Made by a program: the position numbers and the translations under genes
Notes under the pieces: model-generated
The model's database searches: none
The model's input: the letters and a program-made list of their open reading frames with translations, nothing else
Told to the model about the DNA's origin: nothing
DNA from: Octopus vulgaris
Taxonomy: Eukaryota
Length of the DNA stretch: 64,000 nucleotides
Direction: 5' to 3'
NCBI GenBank assembly: GCA_951406725.2
Contig: OX597827.1
Location: forward strand, 40,734,001-40,798,000
Part shown: positions 26,159-39,837 of the stretch, in pieces
Layout of the letters: each line of letters begins with the position of its first letter
How positions within the stretch are numbered: the stretch's first letter is position 1

Positions 26159-26647
26159 CTCTAACCTCAGTTTAGGCTAGAACCGGTCGTGGAATAGCCA
26201 GCGAGCTCTCTAACAATTTGTGCTCAGTGCTGAATTATTCGAACTCTGCTCGCCAACTGATTTAAGGAATAATGATTTAAGGGCCTCTACCTTAGTGGTT
26301 CCATATAAGGGCCTCTACCTTAGTGGTTCCTTTGGGTGTCCATATAAGATTTTGTTAAAATTAATGTGCAATAAATTGGTTATACTTCTTCAAGACACAA
26401 AATATATTAACAATATTTTATAGAATTACTAATAATATTTAATTATAAAAATATAAGAGGATTTTATTTAAGCATCGAGTGGCCATGGAGGGTCAGTAGA
26501 ATAGAATAGGAGTCAAAGGGTCCATAAAGCAAATAAGGGTTGATAACCACTACTCTGAATGGACGCTCGAACTCCTTAGGCAATCATCCAAACCGCCTTC
26601 GAAAGAATATATTGGAGATAACGTTATTGTTGTTGCTGGTGTTGTTA

Positions 26648-27230
26648 AGGTGTCGAGCTAGCAGAATCAGTACGTAAGACGAAATGTTTAACGGCATTTC
26701 GTCCGCATTTACGTTCTGAGTTCGAAAGCCTCCGAGGTCAACTTTGCCTTTCAACCCTTTTGGGAATCGATGAAATAATTACCAGTTAAGTACTGGGGTC
26801 GATATAATCGACTTAGTCCCTTCCCCAAAAAGTTCAGGCCATGTGCCTATAGTAGAAAGTATTATTATAAGGCGGCGAGCTGGCAGAATCGTTAGCACGC
26901 CGGGCGAAATGCTTAGCGGTATTTCGTCTGCCGCTACGTTCTGAGTTCAAATTTCGCCGAGGTCGACTTTGTCTTTCATCCTTTCGGAGTCGATTAAGTA
27001 AGTACCAGTTACGCACTGGAGTCGATATAATCAACTTGTGGGTAGTAAAGAAATAGGTATTTCGTCTGCCGCTACGTTCTGAGTTCAAATTCCGTTGAGA
27101 TCGACTTTGCCTTTCGTCCTTTCGGGGTCGATTAAATAAGAACCAGTTACACACTGGGATCGATATAATCGACTGATTCCGTTTGTCCCCTCTGTGTGTT
27201 GCCCCTTGTGGGCAGTAAAGAAATAAGAAA
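26648..27230 (+). mobile_element. SINE family B monomer followed by a dimer
   Basis: Heads at 26648 and 26869 (AGGCGGCGAGCTGGCAGAATCGTTAGCACGCCGG); B box GAGTTCAAATT. Confidence 0.85.
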
Positions 27231-27479
27231 GGATTATTATGAGGGTGATTGCATTGGCGGAATCGTAAAAGCGTGGAGCAAAATTCTGCCGAAGTCTAAT
27301 AAAATAAGTACCAGTTGAGCACAGAAATTGCTGGCCTTGTGCCCAAATTAAAAACTGTTACTGTTGTTGCTGCTGCTGATGATGATGACGTTGACGAGTT
27401 CAGAAAGAAAGAGCAGCGCTTATGGGCTTCAAGAGTTCTCTGAGGCCAGTGTGATTGATACCCATTTCTGTTTTGCTTT

Positions 27480-27650
27480 GAACTAGACAAGAATGACTGA
27501 CGGTAGTGGTTAATGCGGAGCATGAGGCAGGGACGGACACAATGCGGGTGATGTGAGGAGGGGAGACGAGTAAGTGGAGAGAGTGTGCCTGACTGGAGAT
27601 GGCACGTGATTCTTGTCTCTATACAACCTGTTAAGAGGTGTAGTGTATTA
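27480..27650 (-). pseudogene. LINE ORF2 C-terminal relic (CR1/L2 group)
   Basis: Minus-strand TRLPSSHHPHCV...RINHYRQSF resembles the TRxxxxxHPxxV...RTxxYxxSF pattern. Confidence 0.4.
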
Positions 27651-27784
27651 CTATCTATTCTTTGCAGTCAGGACTAGTAAAACCCAGGCATGACTTGTAT
27701 GTATAGTGTTTGATGGACTTAATATATTGTTTATACACCAATGTTCTAATACAACATTAACTTTTAAATGGGGATAAATATTAC

Positions 27785-28152
27785 ATTATTTACTTTATTT
27801 ACATTATTTACATTCGACGGATATTTGTCCTCCTCATCTTGTTTGTCGTTAACACAACATTTCGCCTGATATACCCTGCAGCCTTCTTCATGTGTCTTGG
27901 GGAAATTTCGAACCTGGGTTCTCATTCCTAAGGTATTTTTCGATGTTGTTATTATTATTATTATTATTATCATTATTATTATTATTATTGTTCAGGTCAC
28001 TGCTTGGAATCGAACTCGGAATCTTAGGGTTAGTAGCTCGCGCTCTTAACCACTACGCCATATACCCATTTTTTTTTTTTTTTTAGTCTCTACATCTACA
28101 TAAGAAAGTTAGATGGTCTGAAAGACGAGCTAGTTTTTGATGGAGTTTTTGT
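27785..28152 (-). mobile_element. Composite element: tRNA-like module, (AAT)n and hammerhead relic, flanked by 16-bp direct repeats
   Basis: tRNA-like 27993-28067 (A box TGGCGTAGTGG, B box GAGTTCGATTC); hammerhead-like 27851-27896; TGGGGATAAATATTAC at 27769-27784 and 28153-28168. Confidence 0.7.
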
Positions 28153-28919
28153 TGGGGATAAATATTACCTTTGGATATTAATACTGCTTCTGTCACTAAA
28201 AAATATTTTTTAATTCGCCCATTGGCTATTCACGACATCAGAACTTGTTTAGGCACTGTGATTCCGTGTGTACCGCTAACAGAGATATCGCTTCTGTCTC
28301 TAACCCTGAGCGTCTACCATTGACAAAGCCAGTGGAGGCCGAAATGGCGTGATCTGGTAGTCTCGGCGGTGACGGTGCCGGATGATTTATCTCTCCGCTA
28401 GCAATTTAAACAAGTGTGCTTATATGCACCGGAATCCAATATGAGAGTTTCTCTCGTGGTGACTATCGCAGTATTTTCTGTTCTAACTCAACATTAAATT
28501 TCAAGTGGTGATAAGTAATACCTTTTGGCATTTTTATAGCGCTTCTGTCGTTAAAAATTATTTTTTACAAATATTATTAATTCTTTCTGTTGGTCAAAAC
28601 TGACAGGCAGAAATATAATGTGGTTGTCGTTTAGTGTTCTATGAACATAGTGCAGTAGTTATTGTGCGATGTGGAGTGATATGAAATAGCATAGTGAGTT
28701 GTAGTATCAATGTGTGGTACCGTGGTTAGTTGTTTATTCACGGGTAACAGACAGGCAAAAGTAAACAAATATATAAGTGTATATAAATTGATAAACATAC
28801 ATATATATATGCGCGCGCGCGATTATGTGTGTGTATGTACACATGTATGTGTGTATGTATATATATATATATGTGTGTGTATGTGTGTGTGTGTGTGTGT
28901 GTGTGTATGTATTTAAAAC

Positions 28920-29222
28920 TGGCACTCCGTCGGTTCTGACAACGAGGATTCCAGTTCAACCTCTCAACGGAAGAGCCAGCCCGTGAAAATAATGTTGTAA
29001 GTGGTTGAGCACTTCACAGACACGCGAACTCTTAACGTAGTTCTCCGGAAGATTCAGCGAACCACAGAATGTGAGAAGGTTGGCTCTTTGAAATACATGT
29101 ACAACTCATTTTTGCCGGCTAAGTGGACTGGAACAACGTGAAATAAAGTGTCTTGCTCAAGGACACAACGTACCGCCGGGAATCGAATGATGGTGAGGCG
29201 TATACCCCTGGACACTAAGCCA
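28920..29222 (-). mobile_element. SINE family C
   Basis: Reverse complement match to other family C copies. Confidence 0.8.
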
Positions 29223-29359
29223 TATTCATGTATGTATGTACGTTATTCATTTTTATTTCAAGAGTTCTTGCCAATAGAGAAAGAGCCGGTTTCTAACCTA
29301 GATTCAAGGCTCCTTCATTGAAATTTCAACAACAACAACAGGCTATTTTTGTTCATACG

Positions 29360-29391
<32 letters not shown>

Positions 29392-29723
29392 GATGGATGG
29401 ATGGATGGATGGATGGATGGATGGATGGATGGATTGATGGATGGATGGATGGATGTATGTGATGTATGTATGTATGTATGTATGTATGTATGTATGTATG
29501 TATGTATGTATGTATGTATATGTGCATATTTGTGTTTTGTTTTATGTATGTTTTGTTTTAGGTATGTTTTCTCATGCATATAGTTGCATGTCTAGACATG
29601 CTCATATATATTTAAATGATAAACTTCTGGAAAGTCTTACAGATTTTTACAGTTCCAGTGATGGAGTGGATCTGTAGTATGTATGTATGTATGTATGTAT
29701 GTATGTATGTATGTATGTATGTA

Positions 29724-29886
29724 TGCGTAGGAGTGGCTATGTGGTAAGTAGCTTGCTTACCAACCACATGGTTCTGGGTTCAGTCCCACTGCTTGGCACC
29801 TTGGGCAAGTGTCTTCTACTATAGTCTCGGGCCGACCAAAGCCTTGTGAATGGATTTGGTAGACAGAAACTGAAAGAAGTCCATCG

Positions 29887-29979
<93 letters not shown>

Positions 29980-30142
29980 CACCCACCATCACGTTGCAAC
30001 CGATACTGGAGTGTTTACGTCCCCGTAACTTAGTGGTTCAACAAAAGAGTCGATAGAATAAGTCCTGGGGTCGATTTGCTCGACTAAATGCTGTGCTCCA
30101 GCATGGCCGCAGTCAAATGACTGAAACAAAAGAATAAGAGTA
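29724..30142 (+). mobile_element. SINE family A, near full length
   Basis: A box, B box GGTTCAGTCCC, CORE-like CACCTTGGGCAAGTG, internal (TA)n(TG)n and conserved tail. Confidence 0.9.
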
Positions 30143-30708
30143 TATATATACATTTATATATATATATATATATATATATACACTCACACACACACAATCA
30201 CCCCCCCCCCCACTGGCGTGGTTGGGTGCAGGGTACAGTAATCAGTGTGCATTATCGAAAAAGGAGGTGGTGGAAGGGTAGATAGCAGTGGAGATTTGAA
30301 GGGCTAATGGGTGGAACCGAGGGTTTCGGTTTGTTTCTGGGTAGGCGTGGCATATAGGTAACGGTATAGTCTTTCCATTAAGCGGCTCTCTCTGCGACTG
30401 ACTCCTTTGATTGCGATGGTGGTGGTGGTGGTGGTGGTGGCGACGGTGTGCGGTGGCGGTGGGAGAAGGTGGTCCAGTTTGGTGTGGTTTCATGTCTGAG
30501 TGGTGGCGTTCGGTGCTGGAGACTGGCGGTGGAGGATCATGACTGATACGGAATATAGGTGTGGGAGATGTGGGTGATGGTACTGAGTGTGGTGCAAGTG
30601 TCGGAGATGGGTGCTGTCCCTTCGTGTTCTACATGGGGCAGTGGTGTTCATCCCCTTCGCCACCATCACCACCACCACCACCACCTGCTGCAACGACTAT
30701 TACCACAC

Positions 30709-30751
<43 letters not shown>

Positions 30752-31358
30752 GGGTGGTGGTGGTGGTGGTGGTGGTGGTGGTTGTAGTGATGGTGGTGGT
30801 GGTGGTAGTGAAGAACCCGCTGTCGGGTACGTTACATGTATCGTTTTTGCTTTTCCTTCTGTCGTCCTTTTGTCCGCTTGTCCGTCTATCCCGGCCTATC
30901 CTCGGGCTGATCTCTCTGCTTGCCTGTCTGTCTGTCTTTCTGTCTGTCAGTGTGTCTATCTGTCTATCTGTCAGCCACTCTGTCTGACCGTCTGCTTGCT
31001 GATGTACAGTTCTCTCTTCCCCTCCCTGTCAGCCACCCATCTTAAGCTATCCAGCTACCTAGCCATATCAGTCTGTGATTCCTGTACTGACGGCACTGGA
31101 TGGCAGTATGAAACCAGCTGCCAGATTCTCTACAGAGTTACATCCATAACATAAGCTTGACCATAGGTATGTGTTAAACGGTTTTATTCTAAATCTCTCT
31201 TAACTTTCAGTTCAAGCTCGGCCGATCGATCGACCGACTGATCGAACACGCAACGTCACCTATACAATTTCTAAATGAATAATTATTGCATTGTAGGTAA
31301 ATATTTTCTCATAATCTGTACACAGTGACAAAAACACTCGGCACCCCTATCAGACACA

Positions 31359-31452
<94 letters not shown>

Positions 31453-31494
31453 TTATATATAGATATAGATATATATATATATATATTCATATAT

Positions 31495-31552
31495 AATGTT
31501 TTCTTATAGATTTGTACACAAACAGAAAAAACACTCGCAACCCCATTAAACC

Positions 31553-31602
<50 letters not shown>

Positions 31603-31787
31603 TATATATATATACACACTTATATACATATATATATATGTATATATGTATATATATATATATATATTTATCAAGTATCCACCCGGAATTTATATATATA
31701 TATATGTATATATATGTATATGTATATATATGTATTATGTATACATATGTATATGTATATATATGTATGTATATATATATATATATG

Positions 31788-31843
<56 letters not shown>

Positions 31844-32101
31844 TGTACATATACATATGTATACATAATGCATATATATACATATACATATATATATATA
31901 TAAATTCCGGGTGGATACTTGATAAATGTATATATATATATATACATATATACATATATATATATATATATGTATATAGGTGTGTATATATATATGTGTG
32001 TGTGTATATATATAATATATATATAGGTATATATATATACATCGGTTTAATGGGATTGCGAGTGTTTTTTCTGTTTGTGTACAAATCTATAAGAAAACAT
32101 T
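31495..32101. repeat. ~600-bp palindrome centred on a (TA)n tract
   Basis: Unique segments 31495-31558 and 31667-31692 are mirrored at 32038-32101 and 31901-31927; interrupted microsatellite patterns are mirrored too. Confidence 0.92.
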
Positions 32102-32444
32102 TACCTATGTTGTAATTGATTCACTAACGGTGTAGGATAAAATTACACACACAGGCGCGCACGTGCACACACACACATACACACACACAAACATGCATTT
32201 ATGCATATTTATAAATCTATGTGTGTGTGTGTCTCTGCGTTTGTGTTTGTCCCTCACCACCGACTGACAACCGGTGTTGTCTTGTTGACATCCCCGTCAG
32301 ATAGCGGTATAGCGAAAGTCAGCGATAAAGTAAAACCAGCTTTTTAAAAATTAAGAACTGAGAGTCGATTTTCTCTCTCTCTCTCTCTCTCATTCTCTCA
32401 CTCTCTCCCTCTCTCCCTCTCTCTCTCTCTCTCTACACACACAC

Positions 32445-32518
<74 letters not shown>

Positions 32519-32556
32519 TATATATATATATATATATGTGTGTATATATATGTATA

Positions 32557-32587
<31 letters not shown>

Positions 32588-32588
32588 T

Positions 32589-32649
<61 letters not shown>

Positions 32650-32974
32650 TTATTTATTACCCACAAGGAGCTAAACATAGAGGGGACAAACAAGAACAGA
32701 CGAACGGGTTAAGTCGATTCTATCGATCCCAGTGCGTAACTGGTCCTTAATTTATCGACCCCGAAAGGATGAAAGGCAAAGTCGACCTGGGCGGAATTTG
32801 AACTCAGAACGTAATATATATAGGCGCAGGAGTGGGTGTGTAGTAAGTAATTTGCTTACCAGCCACATGGTTCCGGGTTCAGTCCCATTACGTGGAACCT
32901 TGGGCAAGTGTCTTCTACTATAGCCTTGGGAGTGGATTTGGTTGATGGAAACTGAAAGAAGCCTGTCTGTCGTA

Positions 32975-33015
<41 letters not shown>

Positions 33016-33467
33016 ACAGAGAGAGGTTTTATTTACTCTGCCATTGCATTTTAGCCGTACTTGGGCACCGCTTTGATGGGTTTAGTAGATCAAATCGATC
33101 TTTAAGTCTGCCCCTTATTCTCTTGAATCCTTTTGTCGAACCGCTGTGTTACAGGGACGCAAATAAACCAACACCAGTTGTCAAGCGGTTGTAGAGACGA
33201 TCTTGAACACAGATATCGCGAATATTTCATTTCTTTCGATATTTGCATTCTCTGCTTCTGAGTCCAAAAATATGGTCTTACATAGTTCTAAAATCGAAAG
33301 TACCAATTACTGGTCTTCTGTTGGTCTAATTTGTAATCGATTTCGTTCATCGTTGCAACCTGTTTCACTTTCAGTCTACCTTACGGATCATCGTCGTCAC
33401 GGCCATCAACACTTTCAACATCATCATCACAGTGCCTTCTTAAACCAACGCCTCACTGGGCAGTTGT

Positions 33468-33996
33468 CAGGGCCAGGTTAACAGCCATAGAGGCCCTAAG
33501 CACTTAAAAAAATGTTGGTATCCCCATATATATGTAACTCAAAATATAAACAATAACAAAAACCTTAAAATAGACTTTTATTGCTCAGAATAAAACAAAA
33601 CTAACAATACAATGGAAAATAAATATTTATTTTTCTATACCTTCATTTTATTTAAGTTTGAAAAAAATTCCTCTTACTTTTATTGATTGCAATGTCTTTG
33701 ATCAGATCCTTCGATCTGACGCCATGAACACTTCGAAATTATATTTTCGATCATATAAACCAATTCGAATTCTAGCAAGTTTAAAGTGATTTATTTAGTG
33801 CCGTAAACCATTTACATTTCTGTGGTGAACCCTTCCCTTGATGCCCCAAGCACGTATTTATTTTGCCCATAGGCCCCGCGAGTCTACGAGCTCTTTTCTG
33901 ATCAAAATATGATGTGGTTTGCTGTCGATAAATATATACTACAGGTCCCAATGATTGATTTGCTCGGGGGCCTATATTACTGTTAAGACGGCTCTG
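33468..33996. mobile_element. hAT-derived non-autonomous DNA transposon
   Basis: Imperfect TIRs CAGGGCCAGGTTAACAG / CTGTTAAGACGGCTCTG; minus-strand DLIKDIAINKSK resembles a hAT C-terminus; second partial copy at 24175-24378. Confidence 0.6.
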
Positions 33997-34299
33997 CATC
34001 ATCGTCGAGGTCCTCTCCTCATGATCGTCGTCGTTGTTGTCGTCGCTGTTGTTTTTGTTAAGGTGGCGGAAATATGTTTTGGAAATATTTCTTCTGGATC
34101 TTTACGTTCTAAGTTTCAACCCCACAAAAGGCAGCTTTGCAGTTCATCCTTCCGTGGTCGATAAAATTTCAGTTGGTGACCGATACCATCAGCCCCCGGT
34201 CAAGTACTTGGATAAATGATATCGACTAATTCCCTTTCCTAAAAGCTGTATTCCCTTGATAAACTGTATTTCTTTGTGCCTAAATCAGGAACCATTGTT

Positions 34300-34508
34300 A
34301 TTACTCTTTTACTCTTTTACTTGTTTCAGTCATTTGACTGTGGCCATGCTGGAGCATCGCCTTTTAGCCGAGTAAATCGACCCCAGGACTTATTCTTTGT
34401 AAGCCTAGTACTTATTCTATCGGTCTCTTTTGCCGAACCACTAAGTTACGGGAACGTAAACACACCAGCATCGGTTGTCAAGCGACGTTGGGGTGACAAA
34501 CACACACA

Positions 34509-34554
<46 letters not shown>

Positions 34555-34713
34555 TACATATATTCGACGGGCTTCTTTCAGTTTCCGTCTACCAAATCCA
34601 CTCGTCCCGAGGCTATAGTAGATGACACTTGCCCAAGGTGCCACGTAGTGGGACTGAACCCGGAACCATGTAGTTGGTAAGCAAGCTACTTACCACACAG
34701 CCACTCCTACGCT
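34300..34713 (-). mobile_element. SINE family A, near full length
   Basis: Reverse complement of the 29724-30142 type. Confidence 0.9.
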
Positions 34714-35006
34714 TACTGTTGTTACTGCTGTTATGGTTGTCATTGTAATTAATATTTCAATAGTACGATTTTTAATGCATGCATTCGTTGCATAACTGAG
34801 TGCAGCCCGGGTACGCCGAGACGTCGGTACGGTATTACTACCTTAATATAATGTGGTGTGTTTCGTAGTGCTCATATCTGCAATCTACTTTCATTTTTAA
34901 AACTAAATACGTCCTCACACCTGTTATGCATGCATTCTACATACATACATACATACATACATACACACATACATACATACATACATTCATGTATATATAA
35001 ATGTGC

Positions 35007-35037
<31 letters not shown>

Positions 35038-35331
35038 TTTTTTACTCAGGGACTAGTAGACCTGACACCGTTCATAAATTGATGTGCATTCAAAGCAATG
35101 ATTAGTAATTTTACGAAACCGGTATGCTTTTAAATTTCTTTAACAATTCACAATAATGACTTTTATTACTTTTATTCCTACCTCAGTTCATCTAATTGTA
35201 TATATCTATCGTTACTTTTCATAAAAGGCCTTTACTTTTTTTGATTTCCAATGTGCATTTTCACTTATTTTTCTTTTTACTTTCCCCTTACATTTCCACG
35301 TGTAGTTTCTATTTTCTTTTTGTAACATATT

Positions 35332-35370
<39 letters not shown>

Positions 35371-35372
<2 letters not shown>

Positions 35373-35443
35373 ACATTGATGTCTTGAATCTATAATCTTC
35401 TGATATGTAAGTATGTATGTATAATATATATATATTATATATA

Positions 35444-35528
<85 letters not shown>

Positions 35529-35586
35529 TATATTATACATACATACTTACATATCAGAAGATTATAGATTCAAGACATCACTGTAA
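35371..35586. repeat. ~216-bp palindrome centred on (TA)n
   Basis: tgatgtcttgaatctataatcttctgatatgtaagtatgtatgtata at 35377 is mirrored exactly, ending at 35580. Confidence 0.93.
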
Positions 35587-36233
35587 CATTTTGCAAAACT
35601 TTCCAGAAGTTTAGTATGTAAGTATATTTGCGTATGTCAAGGTATGCAAGTATATGCATGAGAATACATAAAACAAAACATGTAAATATGCACATGCACT
35701 GACTCCAAATACTGCACACATACACACATTAAAGCAAAAAATCCTTGTTAATGTTGTCGAAATCCCAATGACCTAGGTTAGGAACTAGCTCTTTCTCTGT
35801 AGGCAAGAAATCTTGAAATAAAACTGAATAATAACGTACGTATATACATATATTGTCGCTTTGTTAGCGATTGCCTTCAACTCTCCTATGAAGAGCTTAA
35901 AATCACTTACAAAAATCATACGTACAAATATTACACGTTTATTCAGAAATTATAACAGAAATTACTATAAGCAGGTACTGCATGCATATTATGTATGTAG
36001 TGTACTCACCACAATTGTAAACGCGATATCAAACACTACAGTTACCAAAACACAGAACTACGCTCTTGTGCATTAATAAATGTAATGAAATATTAAGAAT
36101 TATAGTAATGATAGCTCTGAGATATATAATTCATATACAAATACATTTGTATGTGTGTGTGTAAGTATGAACGCATGTATGTATGTATGCATGTATGTAT
36201 ATAGGCATATACATAATACATACATACATACAC

Positions 36234-36314
<81 letters not shown>

Positions 36315-36429
36315 TCAAAAATATATATATAATTTTAATAATAATTAGTACCTACGAGGTTTTTATCCACGTGTTAGCCACTTGATATGATCGGAATTTT
36401 AAATAACGATCTTATCCTTATTTATATAA

Positions 36430-36508
<79 letters not shown>

Positions 36509-36667
36509 TGTATGTATGTATGTATGTATGTATATATGTATGTATGTATATGTATTTGTGTATGTGTGGTGAAATATTCTGCATATATATATTCTTTTAT
36601 ATGAATATATGCTATTTATCTATATACAAAAAATAGCTATACATACATACCTACATACACACACGCA

Positions 36668-36737
<70 letters not shown>

Positions 36738-36756
36738 GCACGCATATATATACATA

Positions 36757-36787
<31 letters not shown>

Positions 36788-37039
36788 GAGTATTTGTGTG
36801 TGTTTATGTGTTTGTATTTAAATGATTATGCAAAAAGTACTTGATACAATGGCAGTACTCGAAGAAAGATTTCCATAAAAGTTATTAATGTTTTTCTTAG
36901 TAAAATGGAAAAATTAAATGTAAAATGAAATTTTCTAAAAGGTTTGTGTCACTCTGTTTTATCAAAAGCATTGTTTTAGATTTTAGGACAATTAATAACT
37001 TTTAAGAAAATATTTCACTGCACATGTACACACAAAGAA

Positions 37040-37112
<73 letters not shown>

Positions 37113-38204
37113 TATATTTCTATGTGTGTATATATGCAATGAATGCACACACACAGACACATATATAATGAGAATTTACAAAAAAAAAAGACGAAGACCG
37201 GTGTTATATATGCACGTATGTATGTGTGTATGTACGTACGTACGTATGTATGTTTGTATGTATGTATGTATGTATGTATGTATGTATGTATGTATGTATG
37301 TATGTATTTATGTATGTATGTATGTATGTATTTATGTATATATGTATGCATGCATACACACGCGCATTCTTCCTTAAGCACATCTTGCAAGAAATAATAT
37401 TGTCTGAAGACAGGGGTGTTATTTTTTTTTTTTAATCTTAACTAAATCAAAGATATTTGAAAATCAAAAGACATTATTCCATATTTATATGAACAAGTGG
37501 TCCTTAATCAATATATTCTATTCAAACTTCCCTGATCAAAATAATCTTTCAGTTTTCCAAATCTTATAACCTGAAATTATTCCTCCGACTTCTCTGTTTC
37601 ACATCTTCACCTCTAGGCAGAGCGCATTAGATTCATTCATTACGTTCACATCATTTTCTGTACATAACATTGCTTAGAATAGATTTAGCAAAAACAAAAA
37701 TACTTTTCTTCGTTCACCATAACTCTTAGTATATCTTACATTAGCTGCTGTTTTAGTATGAAAGCTAGTCCTTCCAATTCCTTTGATTACCAAACATGAG
37801 CGATCTCAAATGTCTTTTATCACTGCCTGTCTCCACTGAAATTTATTTATGATTTTTATATATAAGACTCCTTTTTTGTAATTTATTGCATATCTAATTG
37901 TACTAATTCCCATTTAAACGCATATCATCCATCCTAATGTGGATTTTCATTTTGTATGAAACACACAAAGATATATTTTGTCTGGAGAATTAAGTTGTAG
38001 CCCCACGATGAGTTGTTTACTATTGATTAGTAATAAATACTAAAGACTATAATTATTCATTTCATTTCTTTAGAAATAAATTGATTAATCCTAATACTGA
38101 TTAAGTGACTATAAAATATATTTGGCTTACAGTGAGTTAATAGAAATCGAATTTTAATTAAAGTTTAATTTCTAAGCCTTTCATATTTTCTGAATTTTCC
38201 TGGT

Positions 38205-38440
38205 ATGCGTCCTCTAACTTATACGACTCGGGAGCTCCATCTCAGACTGTTTGGTCATGCTGCTCAATTTTCCGAGGAAGACCCTGCTTACCGTGTTTTC
38301 TTCCCCGAGGATCCGGTTGACCACATGCAGCATGAAGAAGGATCTCGCGGAGATGAGGACTTACTAGGCGACTGCGCGGAAATATAACGAGAAACGGCGA
38401 ACACAGCAACTCGTTGCATTGGCACATGCTCCCATACCTG
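38205..38440 (+). pseudogene. RTE-clade LINE C-terminal relic
   Basis: RELHLRLFGHAAQFSEEDPAYRVF resembles the RTE RxLRxFGHVxR motif; GC-richer island. Confidence 0.55.
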
Positions 38441-38842
38441 ATCAAATTGTATAATTATGATTGTAAAATTAACTAAAATTAAAACCAATCGAAAACGTAA
38501 ATCCTTAGATACACATTTAAAACACATCACACTTCAATTTGTAATACCACATTAGCTTGGAAATATTTTCCAATATTATTTGTTACAAACGAAAACATTT
38601 CATTTTGAAATTTACAGCCTCTATTTTATTACTTTGTAAATCGTCCAAATTATTAGAACGTAATCCTAATATATTTTAAATATCCTCCATACATACACAA
38701 TGCCAACCACTATTCATCCGATACACACACAAAAATATATATATATATGTTTATATGTATGTATATATATATATATGTTTATATGTATGTATGTATATAG
38801 GTATATGGGTATATATTTATATATACATATATTCATATATAT

Positions 38843-39022
38843 ATATGCACATATATATATACATAATGCATATATCTACATATGTATATACACGCATGTA
38901 TGCATGTATATAGGTATATTTTGTATATACATATGCACATATATATATACATAATGCATATATCTATATATGTATATACACGCATGTATGCATGTATATA
39001 GATATATTTTGTATATACATAT
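38843..39022 (+). repeat. Tandem duplication of an ~88-bp microsatellite-derived unit
   Basis: atatgcacatatatatatacataatgcatatatcta...tattttgtatatacat occurs twice in tandem. Confidence 0.8.
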
Positions 39023-39023
39023 A

Positions 39024-39075
<52 letters not shown>

Positions 39076-39583
39076 CCCCTCCTGTATTAAGCATTATATC
39101 CACAATAATTGGTAATTTATTATGGTTTTCGCGATTGTTCCATTCTCCTACTTTACACCAGTCTTTTAAAATAATATTTCGAACCCAGTGCATATCAAAG
39201 AAACAAACTAGTTTTCTGGGGCAGATTTATTTTTCTTTTTGTCTCTAGAGTTTGAAAGCATTATTCAGCGAATTATTGTAGTTTTTGGTACTTAGAAAAA
39301 AAAAAGAGAAAATGAAATATTTTAATATTTTACTCTGCTTTAAGCATTGTGTTCTTTATTCAGTTATTGCTCTCTGTTTTCAAGGTATAAGTACATGCTT
39401 TTTAAAAATATTATATACATATAAGGCGTATGTGAATGTGTGGATGGATGGATGGTTGGATGGTTAGATGGTTGGATACAGATATATGTGTGTATACATG
39501 TACACACACATATAGGCATACACATACACGTGCACATTAGTGTCTATATGTGAGTGTGTGTATATGTATATATGTATATGTGC

Positions 39584-39632
<49 letters not shown>

Positions 39633-39725
39633 CATGGAGAAAGAGATAGATAGATGGAATACATGCGGGTACATAGATACACACATGTATGCCCTGATGC
39701 ATATATATATATATATGTAAGTATG

Positions 39726-39837
<112 letters not shown>

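Noticed and set aside
27993-28067. tRNA gene with ACT anticodon
   Set aside because: Acceptor and anticodon stems do not pair; treated as a tRNA-derived module of a mobile element.
37780-37960. Minus-strand IHIRMDDMRLNG resembling an RLE-LINE RT motif (HLLYMDDLKLY)
   Set aside because: Too short and degenerate to call without an alignment.
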